Source: Takakia lepidozioides (Eukaryota; Plantae; Bryophyta). From it: a stretch of 64,000 nucleotides of DNA. The position numbers were made by a program, and so were the translations under genes. Positions 24,362 to 36,600 of this stretch are shown here, in pieces; positions within the stretch are counted from its first letter, which is position 1; every line of letters begins with the position of its first letter. Location of the stretch: contig CM060734.1 of assembly GCA_030704615.1 (NCBI GenBank), forward strand, positions 20,894,001 to 20,958,000, given 5' to 3'. Below the pieces are notes generated by a model. That model did not search any database and was not told the DNA's origin. It was given only the letters and a program-made list of their open reading frames with translations.

Positions 24362-27160
24362 CTATCCAATGGTAATCTCTGCTTTGGTCTGGCATATTAC
24401 TTCAGCCAAAGCCCCTTCATTACTTTGCATGTCTGCAGCTTCTTTCTTCCTTTCATCCTCACTCACTTCTTCTTCTCCATCAGAATCAGAGGAATCTGCC
24501 ACAGGAATATCAGTACTCTTCTGCATTTCCCTTATGGTATCTGCCACTTCCTTGTGCAGTTCCTTCTCATCTCTCCAAGCCTCATCATCTTCAGGCATAT
24601 CACTGCCATTTCCAGTATCATCATCTTCCTCAACTACTGGAGGTATTGGTTTGGCTTTGCTTCTTGTTACTATCATTGTACTTACTTCTGGTACAACACA
24701 TGGCCTAACCATGTGAGCTGCCACCACTGGGCCCTCATTCACAGGAGCTCTCATCTCATTCTGGTGTCTAATCCAGAATGAACAGGCTGCCTTGCGATGT
24801 CACAATAGTAACACAGTTCTTCACCATTGGGTCCTCGCCCTTGGTCTGCTCTTGGATTATTTCTGTAATCCTGATTCCCTGGCTGGTAATTCCCCCTTGG
24901 ATTACCCTGATAGTTGCCTCTGGCATTACCTTGGTAATTCCCTCTTGAATTACCTCTCCCTTCCATGCCATTGTTATAACCACCAGGCCTACCATAATGG
25001 TCCTGATCATTGTTTCTTCTTGGCTGGGGCTGCACTTGATGCACCCTTACTTGCCTAGGTTCTCTTGCAGCTGTCCTTCTGTTGTAGTAACAATTCTCAG
25101 TAGAATGGTTATCCATTTTACAGATAGTACAGTGTTTCTCCTTCATGTGGCATTCAGTGGTGGTATGGCCTTCATTCTGGCACTTTGCACACCATACACC
25201 CTTCCTCCAATGTGTTGCAGCCTCTGTGGCATACTTCTTCAAGATTTCTTCTAATGTTTTCTCATAGTTATCCCTCTTCAACTTCTCCTTTCTCTTACTC
25301 TTCATTTTTAGTTCTCGCTCTTCTTCTTCATCTGACTCATCCTCAGAGTCTTCATCATCCCTTTTCTCTCTCCTGAGCATTCCCAATTGCTCAATTCTAT
25401 TTGCAGTTTCAAATGCCTCCTCCACTGTATTATGGGGTAACATATCCACTTTCTTTTGCAACTCTGGTCTTAGTCCACTCACAAACCAAGTCTTCTGTAA
25501 ACCTGGTGTTGGTACAGCAGCCAGCTTTTTCATCATCAATTCCATCTTTTCCATACTCCTCAACAGTTTCATGCTTCCTTTGCTTTAACTGTTGTAAACT
25601 TCCATACACTTCATCCTCAGTTTTACTTGCCCTAAACCTATTTCAGAATGCTATATTCAAGCCATTCCAGGTTAGGAAATGATTATCAGGGAATCTTGCA
25701 TACCATTCACTTGCTTTCTTGATAAGTGAACAAGGAAACAAACTCATCTTGGCATCATCGCCATTCTCATTGTTCACTATACACATGTGCTCAAATTGGC
25801 TAATGTGTACATCGGGATCCCCTTTTCCTGAATATATTGGAAAAGATGGTTTTGCCCGTGTTGGTTGTAACGCCATCTGTGGCCCTACCTTCTGCCCACT
25901 GACAGGTGCTGGCACCTTTGCTGGTGCTGGTCCTTCAGGACCTGTTGTTGTTGTGGTGGATCTTCCACCAAGTGGTGGCCCTTGAGCACTCCCTGCTACT
26001 GGCCCCACGATATTCCCAGTATTCCCAACTCCAGTTGCACTACTTCCCACACTCCCTGTCCCCCCAGAGCCAGATCCAGCCAGCCCGCCTGATCCCCCTG
26101 AGCCGACACCTTCGTTGGCCTGTGATCCAAGTGCTCCACTTGATCCAAGTCCAACGGGTTGGGATGTCCTGGTTGTAGTCTCAACCTCAGCTGTTGGGTC
26201 TACTTCTTCATACTCTTCCTCTTCCAATTTCTTCTCTCTATTTTCAACCTCCAAGTTCTGCCCTTGGGTTTCTTCTTCACTCATGTAACTCAGCTGCAAT
26301 GGTGTTGGAGAGTCTGAACTCTCCGTTGGCTCTGCCACATCCTCTCCTCCTTCTTCACCTTCCGCTTCAGAAACTGGAGTTCCTGCTTTTGGTGTTCCAT
26401 GCCAACTCTTATCAAAGATTTCTGTCAAATCTTTTATCCAGGGATGTACCTCAGATCTTTCACCTCGTGATTGATCTTCTTCCCGTACCAATTCCCTTAA
26501 TCTTTCTTGCAAAGAAAAAGAAGGAGTGGCATCCAACTCTAGTTCTTCCGGTATGGATGATGTACTCTCTGATCTTAATGGTGTGAGAGGTCCAGATGAT
26601 TCCCCTATGTCTATTCCTCTCTCCCAAAGATATGGATAATTAGCTTTCAGATAGCTTTCTCTTTTTGCTGAATATCTCTGGCGTCTAGCTTCTCTTTCAT
26701 CACTTATGTCCCATGTCTTTCATTTCTTTTAATGTGGCAATAACCAAAACTCTCTTCTGTAATATCTCTCGTATATGCCTGGGTTTCTTTCAAGCTTCAA
26801 TGCACCCTTGGCTATACTAGAAGTCCCCGTTACCATATAACCATATAGCAAACAAGTCTGGAAAGCTGTTCTTGGTGTGAGTTTGACCCACAAAATATCC
26901 TTTGGAATCCAATTCTTTACCATTACAAGCTCTTCATGCATATGAGTATAAACATTCACTTTTCTTTCCTCCCAGCCTTCAAACTCTACTCGCTTAATGG
27001 ATAGCAATGCTATCACATAAACCAGTGTTGGTAACCAACGTGCTCTTCCTCTACAGGCCACCTGATAAATCTTTATCACTCCTTTCTCCAGACCCCACTC
27101 AGGGTCAGCATCATGCACTCTCTTAAGAATGTTTTCTTTACAACCGTCTGGCAATTCCAA
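24362..27160 (-). pseudogene. gag: Element A gag with long N-terminal extension and CCHC knuckles
   Basis: Capsid-like YSGKGDPDVHISQF...LFPCSL...ASEWY. Knuckles CAKCQNEGHTTTEC and CTICKMDNHSTENC, plus a degenerate third (CYYC). The frame is open from ~26735 and joins ORF 26729-27160 by a frameshift. Confidence 0.85.
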
Positions 27161-27296
27161 GAACCTCTAAAAGAATCGTTTGGACAATCTTTCCTTCTCA
27201 GTTTCACAGGGAATTTGATTCACATCAAATTCCTTAATTCTCCATCCACCATGATCCCACCAGATGCCTGTCACATCTGGTTGTTCATGACCCAGT

Positions 27297-27314
27297 TCCC
27301 CAGTATGGTCGCCA
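27297..27314 (-). other. Primer-binding site of element A (tRNA-Arg-like)
   Basis: Minus strand reads TGGCGACCATACTGGGGA 2 nt inside the 5' LTR, resembling the tRNA-Arg PBS of Tat/Ogre-type elements. Confidence 0.7.
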
Positions 27315-27316
27315 AA

Positions 27317-28498
27317 TGTCGCGCGGCTTTTACTCACCCATCCCTTCGCTATCCGAGGTGGGAACTCCAAGATAGAAGAGTTGGAAATCTCTAAGCACTC
27401 AGCCCGCTCAGAACAATCAGTCATGACCTACAACTAGTGTATCATGGGGGTGTTTCCTATTTGTACTCCTTCCCGCATTCATGTTAGCGAGTTACTTTAC
27501 TGTCTGCAATTAAGTATCAGTTTGCTTCAGAAATCTATCAAGTTCCATCCATTCATTCCACAGCTTCACTCAGGTCTCTCTACACAGTGTGAGTATGAAG
27601 TATGTATCAGATTAATATCTATCAAGTATCAGGCTGAAGCCATGGTGTCTCTATTCTGCTCTACATTACAACTCTACTTCTTGCATTCAGCAAGTATCAA
27701 CAGATCGTTCTCCTCCTACTCCGTGCTCTCCCTCTTTCTGCTCAAAGATGCGCTCTCCGCTTCATTTCCAAGTTCTGATCCCCCCCCCCCCCCCCCCTCG
27801 AAGTTTTTCCAGAAGTGATTCCCCAAGAAGTGATCCTTTTCCAGTCCTCGCTCCTCGCTTTATCTTCCTACCCGTTGTTCTAACCGTTTCCCTCACTAAC
27901 CGTCATCCGTGAACTAACATGTTCCATTCGCAGATGTTGTTCCCCACAATCGTCCCCTGTCCTGTTATCCGTTCCCTATGGTCGTGACAGCTGTGTCAAG
28001 CTGTGATTGGATGTGTGAAACTGTGACAGGCTGTGACTGGCTGTGCGACTGTGTTGGGTTGTGTCGGGCTGTGTCTAGCTGTGACTGGCTGTGCAACTGT
28101 GTCTGGCTGTGACGGGCTGTGTCGGGCTGTGATTGGCTGTGCGAAGCTGTGACGGCTGTGTCTGACTGTGTCAGCTGTGTCGGACTGTGACGGACTGTGA
28201 CGGGCTGTGTTGAACTGTGATGGGCTGTGTTGGCTGTGACGGGCTGTGTTGAACTGTGATGGCTGTGTTGGCTGTGACGGGCTGTGACGGGCTGTGTTGA
28301 ACTGTGATGGGCTGTGATTGGCTGTGACGGGCTATGTTGAACTGTGATGGGCTGTGTTGGTTGTGACGGGCTGTGTAACCCCATCCTAAAGTGTGCTGCT
28401 GTCACCCCTAAGGCTCCTGTTGGTCTCAGTCTGTGCAAAAATTAAGGGTACCCCACAGATCTCGTAAAAGTGCCTAAGTCCCAGACAGTCCTCTAACA
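27317..28498 (-). repeat. Element A 5' LTR (1182 bp)
   Basis: TGTCGCGCGG...CTCTAACA. Its GGCTGTG minisatellite is longer than in the 3' LTR. Confidence 0.96.
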
Positions 28499-28699
28499 AC
28501 CCCTGCTTCCACACCACCAAATTTTATGTTCACAACCTCTTACCTAATCTAGTCATTTAGGGTTAAGGGTTGAGTAGAAGCCCATGTTAAGTTTCAAGGT
28601 CCTTCATCACCTAATCTAGTCGAATTGAGTAATACAAGTGGTGTCAAATGGAGGCCCATACTTGGGCATCTTCTTACCAGCACAACAACAACCACCTTC

Positions 28700-30050
28700 C
28701 AGAATTTTGCAAACATGTTCACCAGGGTATTGTTCAAAATGACATCTGGTACAATTCCAGCTCTGAAGATGTCGCCATGGACTTCTTTCCCCTTTTCCAG
28801 AGCTGCCAGGGCAGTGTTTAGAATGACATTTGGTACTTTCCAGCTTTGACGATATCCCCATGCACCTCTTTGCCCTTCTCTAGGGCTGCCAAGCTTGCAC
28901 GATGCCACATCTTGTTCAGCCATAGTGTTGAACACTCCCTTTGCATCCTAGATGCACCCACATTTTGCAAACATGTCCACCAGGGTGTTGTTCAAAATGA
29001 AATCTGGTACAATTCCAGCTCTGAAGATGTCGCCATGGACCTCTTTCCCCTTTTCCAGAGCTGCCAGGGCACTGTTCAGAATGACGTTTGGTACAATTCC
29101 AGCTTTGATGATATCCCCATGCACCTCTTTGCCCATGACCAGCTCTGCTGCCTACTGCTGTGAGCTGCATTGTTCCTGTTTGAACTCAGTTAAGTCAGTC
29201 GCCAAAAGATCAAGTTGTTCTCCAGCAGCTTTCAGGTGTGATTGGGGCAGTCCTTGAAGCACCAAAATTTTGGCATTATCTATCGTTGCACTACCCACAT
29301 GAGGAGCTGCCCTCTCCTCAGCAGCCTTGGCAGTCTTGCCGAGTCCAACTATCATCACATGTAGGGTTTATAGTTCCTGTTCAGGCTCAGCCACTCTGGT
29401 ATCTAAAGGGCGAATTTTCTCAGTAGAATCCTTTTGCTGCACTGTCAATAGTTCAAGTGCCTCTTGTGCGTGACCTGGCTGAGCTAATCTAGCCATCATC
29501 CCATTCCATGAGATCATATCATGCTTGGGAAATTTTGCAAACACTTCCCGTGCATCTTCCACACCCCCGCATTTGCAATACATGCTGACGAGGGCGTTCC
29601 CCATACTGACATTTGACTGAAATCCAGCTCTAATGATGCCCTCATGGAGATGCTTGCCTTGCTCTATCAACAATGGGCTGGAACATGCATTCAAGATGCA
29701 CAAGAAAATGACCTTATCTGCCTTCACACCTTCTCATTGCATCAGATTCACTCGATTCACAGTAAACTTATGCACCCGATTGTCAACCTCAATGCAGCTG
29801 TGCCCTGCCTCCTTTCTGATACCTTTGTCCTTCATCATTGCTCTCGCCTCTGTGGGATCACCCCACCTGCCAGCTGCAGCCCCACACTTGGGATACATAT
29901 CAACGAGAGTATTCTCCAGATTCAAATATGACTCTGTTCTAACATCGATCGCAGCATGGACCTCTTTGCCCTTTTCCAGGGCTGTCAGGCTTGCACATGC
30001 ATGGAGAACGCAAATGAACAACTTTGTTGGGCAATACCCCTTGCTCAATC
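28700..30050 (-). pseudogene. PLS-PPR repeat and E-domain fragments, with an unidentified coding piece at 29140-29360
   Basis: PPR peptides: LHACASLTALEKGKEVHA and GNALVSMYCKCGGVEDAREVF. E-domain peptide: AAAGRWGD...MKDKGIRKEAGHSCIEVDNRVHKF. The same rearranged PPR unit as at 745-1675 is present. Confidence 0.88.
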
Positions 30051-30171
30051 ATTTGCTCATAGGTCGCAAGCGCATTTGGCTTTAAGCCTTTTTGTTGCAA
30101 GATGGACAAACTCCTTCACATCGTACATTGAGAAAAAACCACACATTGCGATTGCGGTTGTCCATCGTGAA

Positions 30172-30255
30172 GGTGGCCAGCCGCTTCCCATAGTAGTCGA
30201 TGGCCACATCGTGCACCACATCTTCATGCCCCGATTCTAGGGTTTGAGTCCCTAT
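30172..30255 (-). pseudogene. SEC13: SEC13 N-terminal fragment (start codon ATG>ATA)
   Basis: (M)GTQTLESGHEDVVHDVAIDYYGKRLAT matches the SEC13 N-terminus GHEDxVHDVxxDYYGKRLAT. Confidence 0.85.
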
Positions 30256-30279
30256 CCGCCCCCTATCCCACCAGCTCCG

Positions 30280-31145
30280 CTCGTCGTCTCTCATGATCAG
30301 ACTCGACACTAAAACAAAACAAAGATAGCTCCACCCTGATCGAAGTCGCTCATGATCAGACTCGACACTATAAGAAAGCAAACACAGCTCCGTCCTGTTT
30401 GTCGTCTCTCACGATCAAACTCGACACAAAGAAAACAAACAGATGGCAGGGGAGACAAAAAAAACACTAAGTCCCCTCTACTCATGACTGGATGGATGAA
30501 TGTAGTGATAGATGGATGGATTTTGGGTTTTCCATCAATACATCCATCCATTCATTTATTTTTCCAGTTTTTGGCCATTTTAATTTCATCCATTCATCCA
30601 AAATGAATCTTTAAATGAGTTTCATTGTCAGTTCATCCAATACTGCCAGCTCAACGTTTGCATTATTATTTGTTCCTATGTTCATCCAATAGTTGCCAAC
30701 AAGGCGTTTGTTGTATCATTCGTTCATACGTTCATCCATTGCACAAAAGTTATGTTTGATACGTTCATCCAATAGTTGCCAGCAAGGCGTTTGTGTATCA
30801 ATCGTTGAGATAATACAGTCATTTTGTTTCACTAACCTTAACCAGTAGTCGATTAGTTTACTGTTAATCTGTTGGGTCAGTGAAACAGTAGTTAAATGTT
30901 TTTACAACTTATTATCCTCATACTTAACACTGCGACCTAGCAACCCTAAATTCGAGCACATTCATCCTAATTCATCCTAGTTCATTCATCCTAATTCATC
31001 CTAGTTCACTCATCCTAATTCATCATAATCATTCATTCATCCATTCATTCCTTCATTCACAGGGTGTGGTTAGTGCCCGCGAGCAATGATATGTTGACAC
31101 GTCGTCATTTGCAATCACATCCTGCATCTGTTTCATCCATTTATG
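30280..31145. repeat. Short-repeat block: three CATGATCAGACTCGACAC units, then TTCATCC/GGATG-rich repeats
   Basis: Units at 30293, 30350 and 30410. Many TTCATCC(A/T) copies at 30490-31140, with an inverted arrangement around 30490-30555. Confidence 0.7.
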
Positions 31146-31699
31146 TTTGCATCGTCCACGTAGACACTCCTTGGGCAACCGGCAATCGCCACGTGCAGTC
31201 GTGAATACTGGCAGTCATACATTCTCATGCCCACGTCATCCTGTTGCAGTTTTGGCCATGACTCCTAGTCGTATCTACCATCTTCCCCTATCCGATCAAA
31301 TGTGTTTGACCGCAGATCCTGACGTGGCGGAGGTACAAGGTGGCATATACGACTTCTGGTGGTCACAAATGGCAACCAGGACTGCCCGCTTGCATTTTGT
31401 AGACATATATGCTACGACTGGGCACATGTGGCAGACGTTAAAGTCGGGATCTGTTGTAGTGTCCCATCCCAACACTCACACGCCAGTCTGCCCTAAAGGC
31501 AACTTGGCTCCTCCATGACAGCCACAAACCACACCCACGAGCTTCCATCTGTCACTACATTTCCCCTAGGCACCATACCTTCCCATAGTCACCGTGCACC
31601 CCTCCCCCTACTCTCTTACAATCATTCTCTTCCCCGCACTCAAATGGCACATGGCCCCCACTACTGCTACTATTGGAACTTAGTATTCTGGAAGTTCTG

Positions 31700-33360
31700 C
31701 AAATTTATCCTGCCGCCATCTTATTATGGATTCGGTTTCGACATTGAACTGCCGCTGGACGTCAACGGATATCCAGAAGTCCATAATGTGTTTGAAAGAG
31801 ATTACTTTAATATTGCCTATCTCATTCCTGGATTTTTGGGGTGCATTTCATTACACTGCAAAACAAAGTCTAATGCATAAAAATGCAATTGCTAATATCC
31901 ATATGGTGGATTCCCTTTGCCCCATCAATGATTTCTGGAATCCCTGCCGAGGAGTTTGTGCAGCTCGTTCACGCTCAACGCTGGTGCATGAACAAAGTCA
32001 TCAATACAAGTTCATCCTCAACTTCTTCAGGTAAATGTAATATAGATGCTTGCACTGATAATACTTTGTCCCCTTCTTTGCTTCCATCAACGAGAAGTCC
32101 GTACAATTGCAGGTCGGCTCCACTCCGATTGTAATTGTGTATACGTCGTTGCGTACAGCTGAGCCGGCCGTTGCCATCCGATAAACACGCCCAAGGCCGG
32201 GTGCGGGTACGTCCTGGGAGCTCTGAATAGTGCAAGCCATCCCAAGAGCATTGGCAATCCGAGTCTCATTCAACTTGTTGGGAGGGTGTCGTCTGTTCAC
32301 TCTTCCAAATCACATCGTGGGATGTGCAGAATTGTCTAATCCGTCTCTACTAGACCTCACAGTCTGCAATGGCTGGGTCTGAGGAACTGGAAATGGGTGG
32401 GCCGGGATGTCTGTCCGTTGCACCATTCGAAATTCTGCTGCAGAAAGAGCATCCGCCTCATTCTGCGAGAGGTTGCAACCCGGTGCAACAGGCCAGACGC
32501 CCGGAGGCTCCGGCATTCCCTGAATCTCATACTTGGGCTTGCCAAATACACAAGTCATTATGTCGTGCCTACAGAACCAAAACGTCTACGTTGTGATGTG
32601 AGAAAATTTGGGAATAAAAAATTTGCCGTTGAAACAAGGTGCAGGTACCGCACCGTGTGGGTTCCTCCGAATCATCTCACCACAGCGTGCTCTCGTATCC
32701 ACCCGGATGGCGCAACACTTCCCTCGAAATGCCGACAATGTCCTTGAAATTCTCCACTGTGACTCCGACACTCTTGTCTCCACAATGGGTATGTTGTACT
32801 GCGTTACTACAAATGGCTCGTTATGTTTCTTGGGCACGTGCCCTGTGTTCAAAGGAGATGGCGATCTTGAACGTGCAGGGCTTGCGGTGCTCGACAAGAC
32901 ATCCTCGGGCAACATTACGAGACCACGAGGGAGCGTGCGAATATTCTTGTCAGTTCGCCATGAATCCTCTTCTCCGCCAGGTGCCTCGTCAAGTCTTCGT
33001 CTCATTGGACGGGTGTGAACATCTCCTTCCAAGAGTTGGCCTCTTCAAAGCAATGGCGTGTCTCGAAGGCCCTCTCGCAAGGCTGCCGCCCACTTCCGAG
33101 GATTTTTTCGATCTGGAGGCAGTCCGCATCAACATTTCCTGCTTGTCCGGCCCCAAGCCCCACTGTTTCCCTTTCAAGAACTCGTTGTACCTGCATTGCT
33201 GCATAATTGACCTCACAATGTCCTCCGTTGTGGCAGTGAGGATGTCCACCAGATGTGCCGCAGAGGAGGCACGCTGTAGATGCATATATTGGTACACTTT
33301 TCTTTTCAGATCGTTTTTTATCATAAGACAAGCGGTTTCGGCATTGTACTGCCAAAACAG
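31700..33360 (-). pseudogene. Cys-rich protein remnant with a SWIM zinc finger; probably the C-terminal part of a MULE-like transposon protein
   Basis: SWIM motif YTITIGVEPTCNCTDF-x12-CKHLYYIY (CxC-xn-CxH). Collinear ORFs at 32989-33324, 32586-33032, 32310-32558 and 32001-32300. No DDE core is visible. Confidence 0.55.
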
Positions 33361-33658
33361 GTTAGTTTGTTAGTTGTCTAGAAATCGTTGGTAAAGCACG
33401 TAGGAAATAAGACAGTGTCTGCGACGACCATGGAGTGGAACTCTGGCGTCAAGATGACCATAAGAAGCTGCATCGACAGCAGATTAGGCTGCCAATTCGG
33501 TACCAGAAACAGAGGTTAGCTATTTCATGAGCATGAGCGGCATGAGCGGAGTAGCAAGACAATCGGTTTTCATGAGCAGAAGTACAAATTTTGGAAATAA
33601 AGAACATTAAAAAAACATTATTTTTAATGGAATGTGTCAGAAAAAAACTAATATAATG

Positions 33659-36600
33659 TCATCTAGAGGTCTTTAGGGGACTTGCCATCATCAGATTACC
33701 CACCACCAGAAACTTCCACCAGCCACCTTCTGGGCCTAAGAATCTTGGCAGCCATTTTCCGAGGAGTGCTGTAATTTGGATTTCTGGGTCCAGAACCCTC
33801 AGTTCTCCCTGTTTTTTTGGCTGGCAAATCTGTCTCCAGGAGACCTGTGGCCTGACTTTTTGGCCCACTTTGCTAGCTCCCCAAACGAAATTCCGCAATA
33901 AGGCTTTGTATTCTCCAATTTGCCTTTTAGAAGGGCGCCATGATGTTGCGTAGAACCATAGGTCAGCTGAGAGAATCTGGTTGGCCACAAGTGCCCGACC
34001 TATGATTGAGAGGAACTTAGAGCCCCAGAAAGCGAGGTTTCTTTTAATCTTGGAAAGAATGGGTGCGAATCGTTGTTCATCGGTGATATCAAGCCCATAG
34101 GTGTATCCTAGCAACGTTGTCATCTGGTTAGGTTGCAGCCATGATAGGCCCCAGGCCTGGCCCCAAGAGGGCAGTCGTCCCAGAAGGGATTTGGATTTAT
34201 CTCCAGCAAGGATGGCACGGGTTTTGTTCCAGTTGACCTTGAAACCGGAAGCTTCACAGAACTTCCCCAAAGTTGCTGCAGTTCTGTCCAGGTTGGTTTG
34301 GCTTGCTTGCAGCATAAGGAAAGTATCATCTACATACATGGATTCCCTGATGTAAGCAGGCTGGTTAGTTATGTAGTTTGTGATTCTAAGACCCAAAATC
34401 TGTGTGTCTGCTTGTAGCATGTAACCAAGTGTGTCGGCGGCAATAATGAAGAGGAAAGGAGCCAAGGGGCAGCCTTGACGGACAGATCGAAACAAGTTGA
34501 ATGGCTTTGACACTGCACCCTGCTGGTTGACCCCTTCAGTAGAATGCGCACCCATCGACAAAAGGAGGGAGGCACACCGATCTTGGGCAGGGTGCCCATG
34601 AGGAAAGGCCATTCTACCCTGTCAAACGCTTTCTCAAAGTCTAGAAGGACTAGGGCAATAGCCTGCTGGGTTTGAAGGGCATACTGGGGAAGCTCCTGTG
34701 CCAGAAGAAGATTATCCATGATATATCTTCCCTTAATAAAGCCCGACTGGCTAGGTCTAATGATTGACGGGAGCAGAGGCTGAAGACGTAGAGCCAAGCA
34801 TTTGGCTATAATCTTATAAGCAACATTGAGGAGAGTTATGGGCCTGTAGTTGCTTAAGTCCGTCCTGTCACCCTTTTTTAAAATCAGAGAGATGACTCCC
34901 TGTGACATGCTCCCCGACATATGGTTCGCATGAAAGATGTGGTTGGCCATGGCCCCAAAGTCAAGCGAGATGTCAGGCCACAACTTTTTGTAAAATTCCA
35001 CCGGGACTCCATCTATCCCTGAACATTTCCCGTCTTTCAGCTTGGAAAGGGCCAGCTCAAGCTCTCCTTCCGAGAGAGGCCCTTCGAGAGCCTCGGCTAT
35101 AGGCGGGGCAATGAGAAGAGGGGAGTGCGCCAGGCAAGCATCAAGCGTGGCTGCTGCTACAGGTCCGTCACTCATAAAGAGGGTCTGAAAGTGGCTGGCA
35201 GCGAATGAAGCCATGGGTTTGGGGTCTGTGAATGTCAGTCCCGATGCCTTGTCAGCTAGTTCAGAAATTGTCTGCCCTGCCTTTCTAAGCCTGGTTTTTG
35301 CAAAGAAATACTTGGACATTTTTTCTCCCTTGGATGACCAGTTAACACCTGCTGACATCTTAAGCTTCTGCTTCTGCAGGTCTTGGAAGAATTGCAAGTT
35401 TTGTTTTGCTTCCAGGTAGGTATCGTAAGTTTCTTGATCACAGCGGGGAGATTCCATTTTTCTTTGACAGATTGAGAGGCATTTGATGAGGGCCCTTACC
35501 CTCCTTTTCCTAGTGGCTACAATCTCTCTACTCATCTGCTGACTGGCTGCCCCCACTGCTACGAGCTTGGTCATGAACCTATCTGAAGGGTTCTGGGAGG
35601 CCGCGCCAGCCCGAGACCAAGCTGTCCGCAAGCCTTGTGCAAACTCCGGGATCTGTAACAGAGAGGCATTCATTTTGTAAAGACCCTTGCCCCTTGGGCG
35701 AGTGTTTGGAATATCCAATGAAGCCTCAATGACGGCGTGATCAAAGCCGGGGTGGATGGGCTGTTGAGGTAGCCTCCGGGACCATTGAATGCAGTCCAAG
35801 GAGGCATAGAATCTGTCCAATCTGGCCATCTGGAGATCGGCAAGGGCTCTGTTATTTGACCAAGTGAAGACAAGGCCTGAGGGGGGCGGAGGCCCCCGGT
35901 TCACCATTTCTATTTCCACCAAATTGTGGTTGAGGGTGAGGGAGTGCCAGTGTTGAGTCTCTGCCACGTCTAGGTTAAACTAACCAAGACCCCGTCTGTC
36001 GGTAGGAGACTCAACCATATTGGAGTCCCTTGCCAGCATCCAGAAATCTATGTCCTGTTTTAGTTCCATGTTGGTGTTTATGGACTCCTAGAGCTGAGCC
36101 CTTCCTGCCGGCGAGTTCGGAGCATAGATATTAATTAACCCCAGCCGGCCACCGTTGGCTGGGAGGTCTATGGCACAGTACTGAACTCTACCTGGAACCC
36201 AAGAGCCTTCCGAGACAATATACTGAAAGAGGGATGGGGAAACCAAGATGGCGGTGCCTCCTCTGGAACCTTCAGAAGTTGGTTTCCATAGGGAGTTTGC
36301 TCGTGGCCAGAGATTGTCTGAGAGAGAAGCGATTTTCCCTAGATCGAGTTTCTGTTCTTGCAGGAAGAGAATTGCATCTTTCCGAAGATAAGGGGCTAGA
36401 AAATTCTTGACGCTAGCATGCTTTGGGGAAGCATTATCCGCCCCAAGGCCCCTGATGTTTCAAGAAGCCATGTCAATCAACATGGGGATGGAAGGCAAGG
36501 CTGAGATGATCAATCTCATTTGATGGCCTCTGACTTAAACACTTGAATTTAACCCTCTTATCAGAGGGGAGGAGGCTGTTGACCCAAACGTAGGGGCTGG

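Larger units (their letters stand above)
15378..28498 (-). mobile_element. Element A: full-length non-chromovirus Ty3/Gypsy LTR retrotransposon (Athila/Tat-related, no aRH seen)
   Basis: TG...CA LTRs at 15378-16437 and 27317-28498. TSD ACCCC at 15373-15377 and 28499-28503. Domain order gag-PR-RT-RH-INT. PBS and PPT present. Confidence 0.97.

Noticed and set aside
31147-31518. 123-aa plus-strand ORF
   Set aside because: It overlaps the non-coding motif block related to 11370-11900 and has no recognisable domain.
30478-33580. TCTACTCATGA / TCATGAGCAGA as possible TIRs around the SWIM region
   Set aside because: The match is only about 11 bp with a mismatch, and no TSD is visible.
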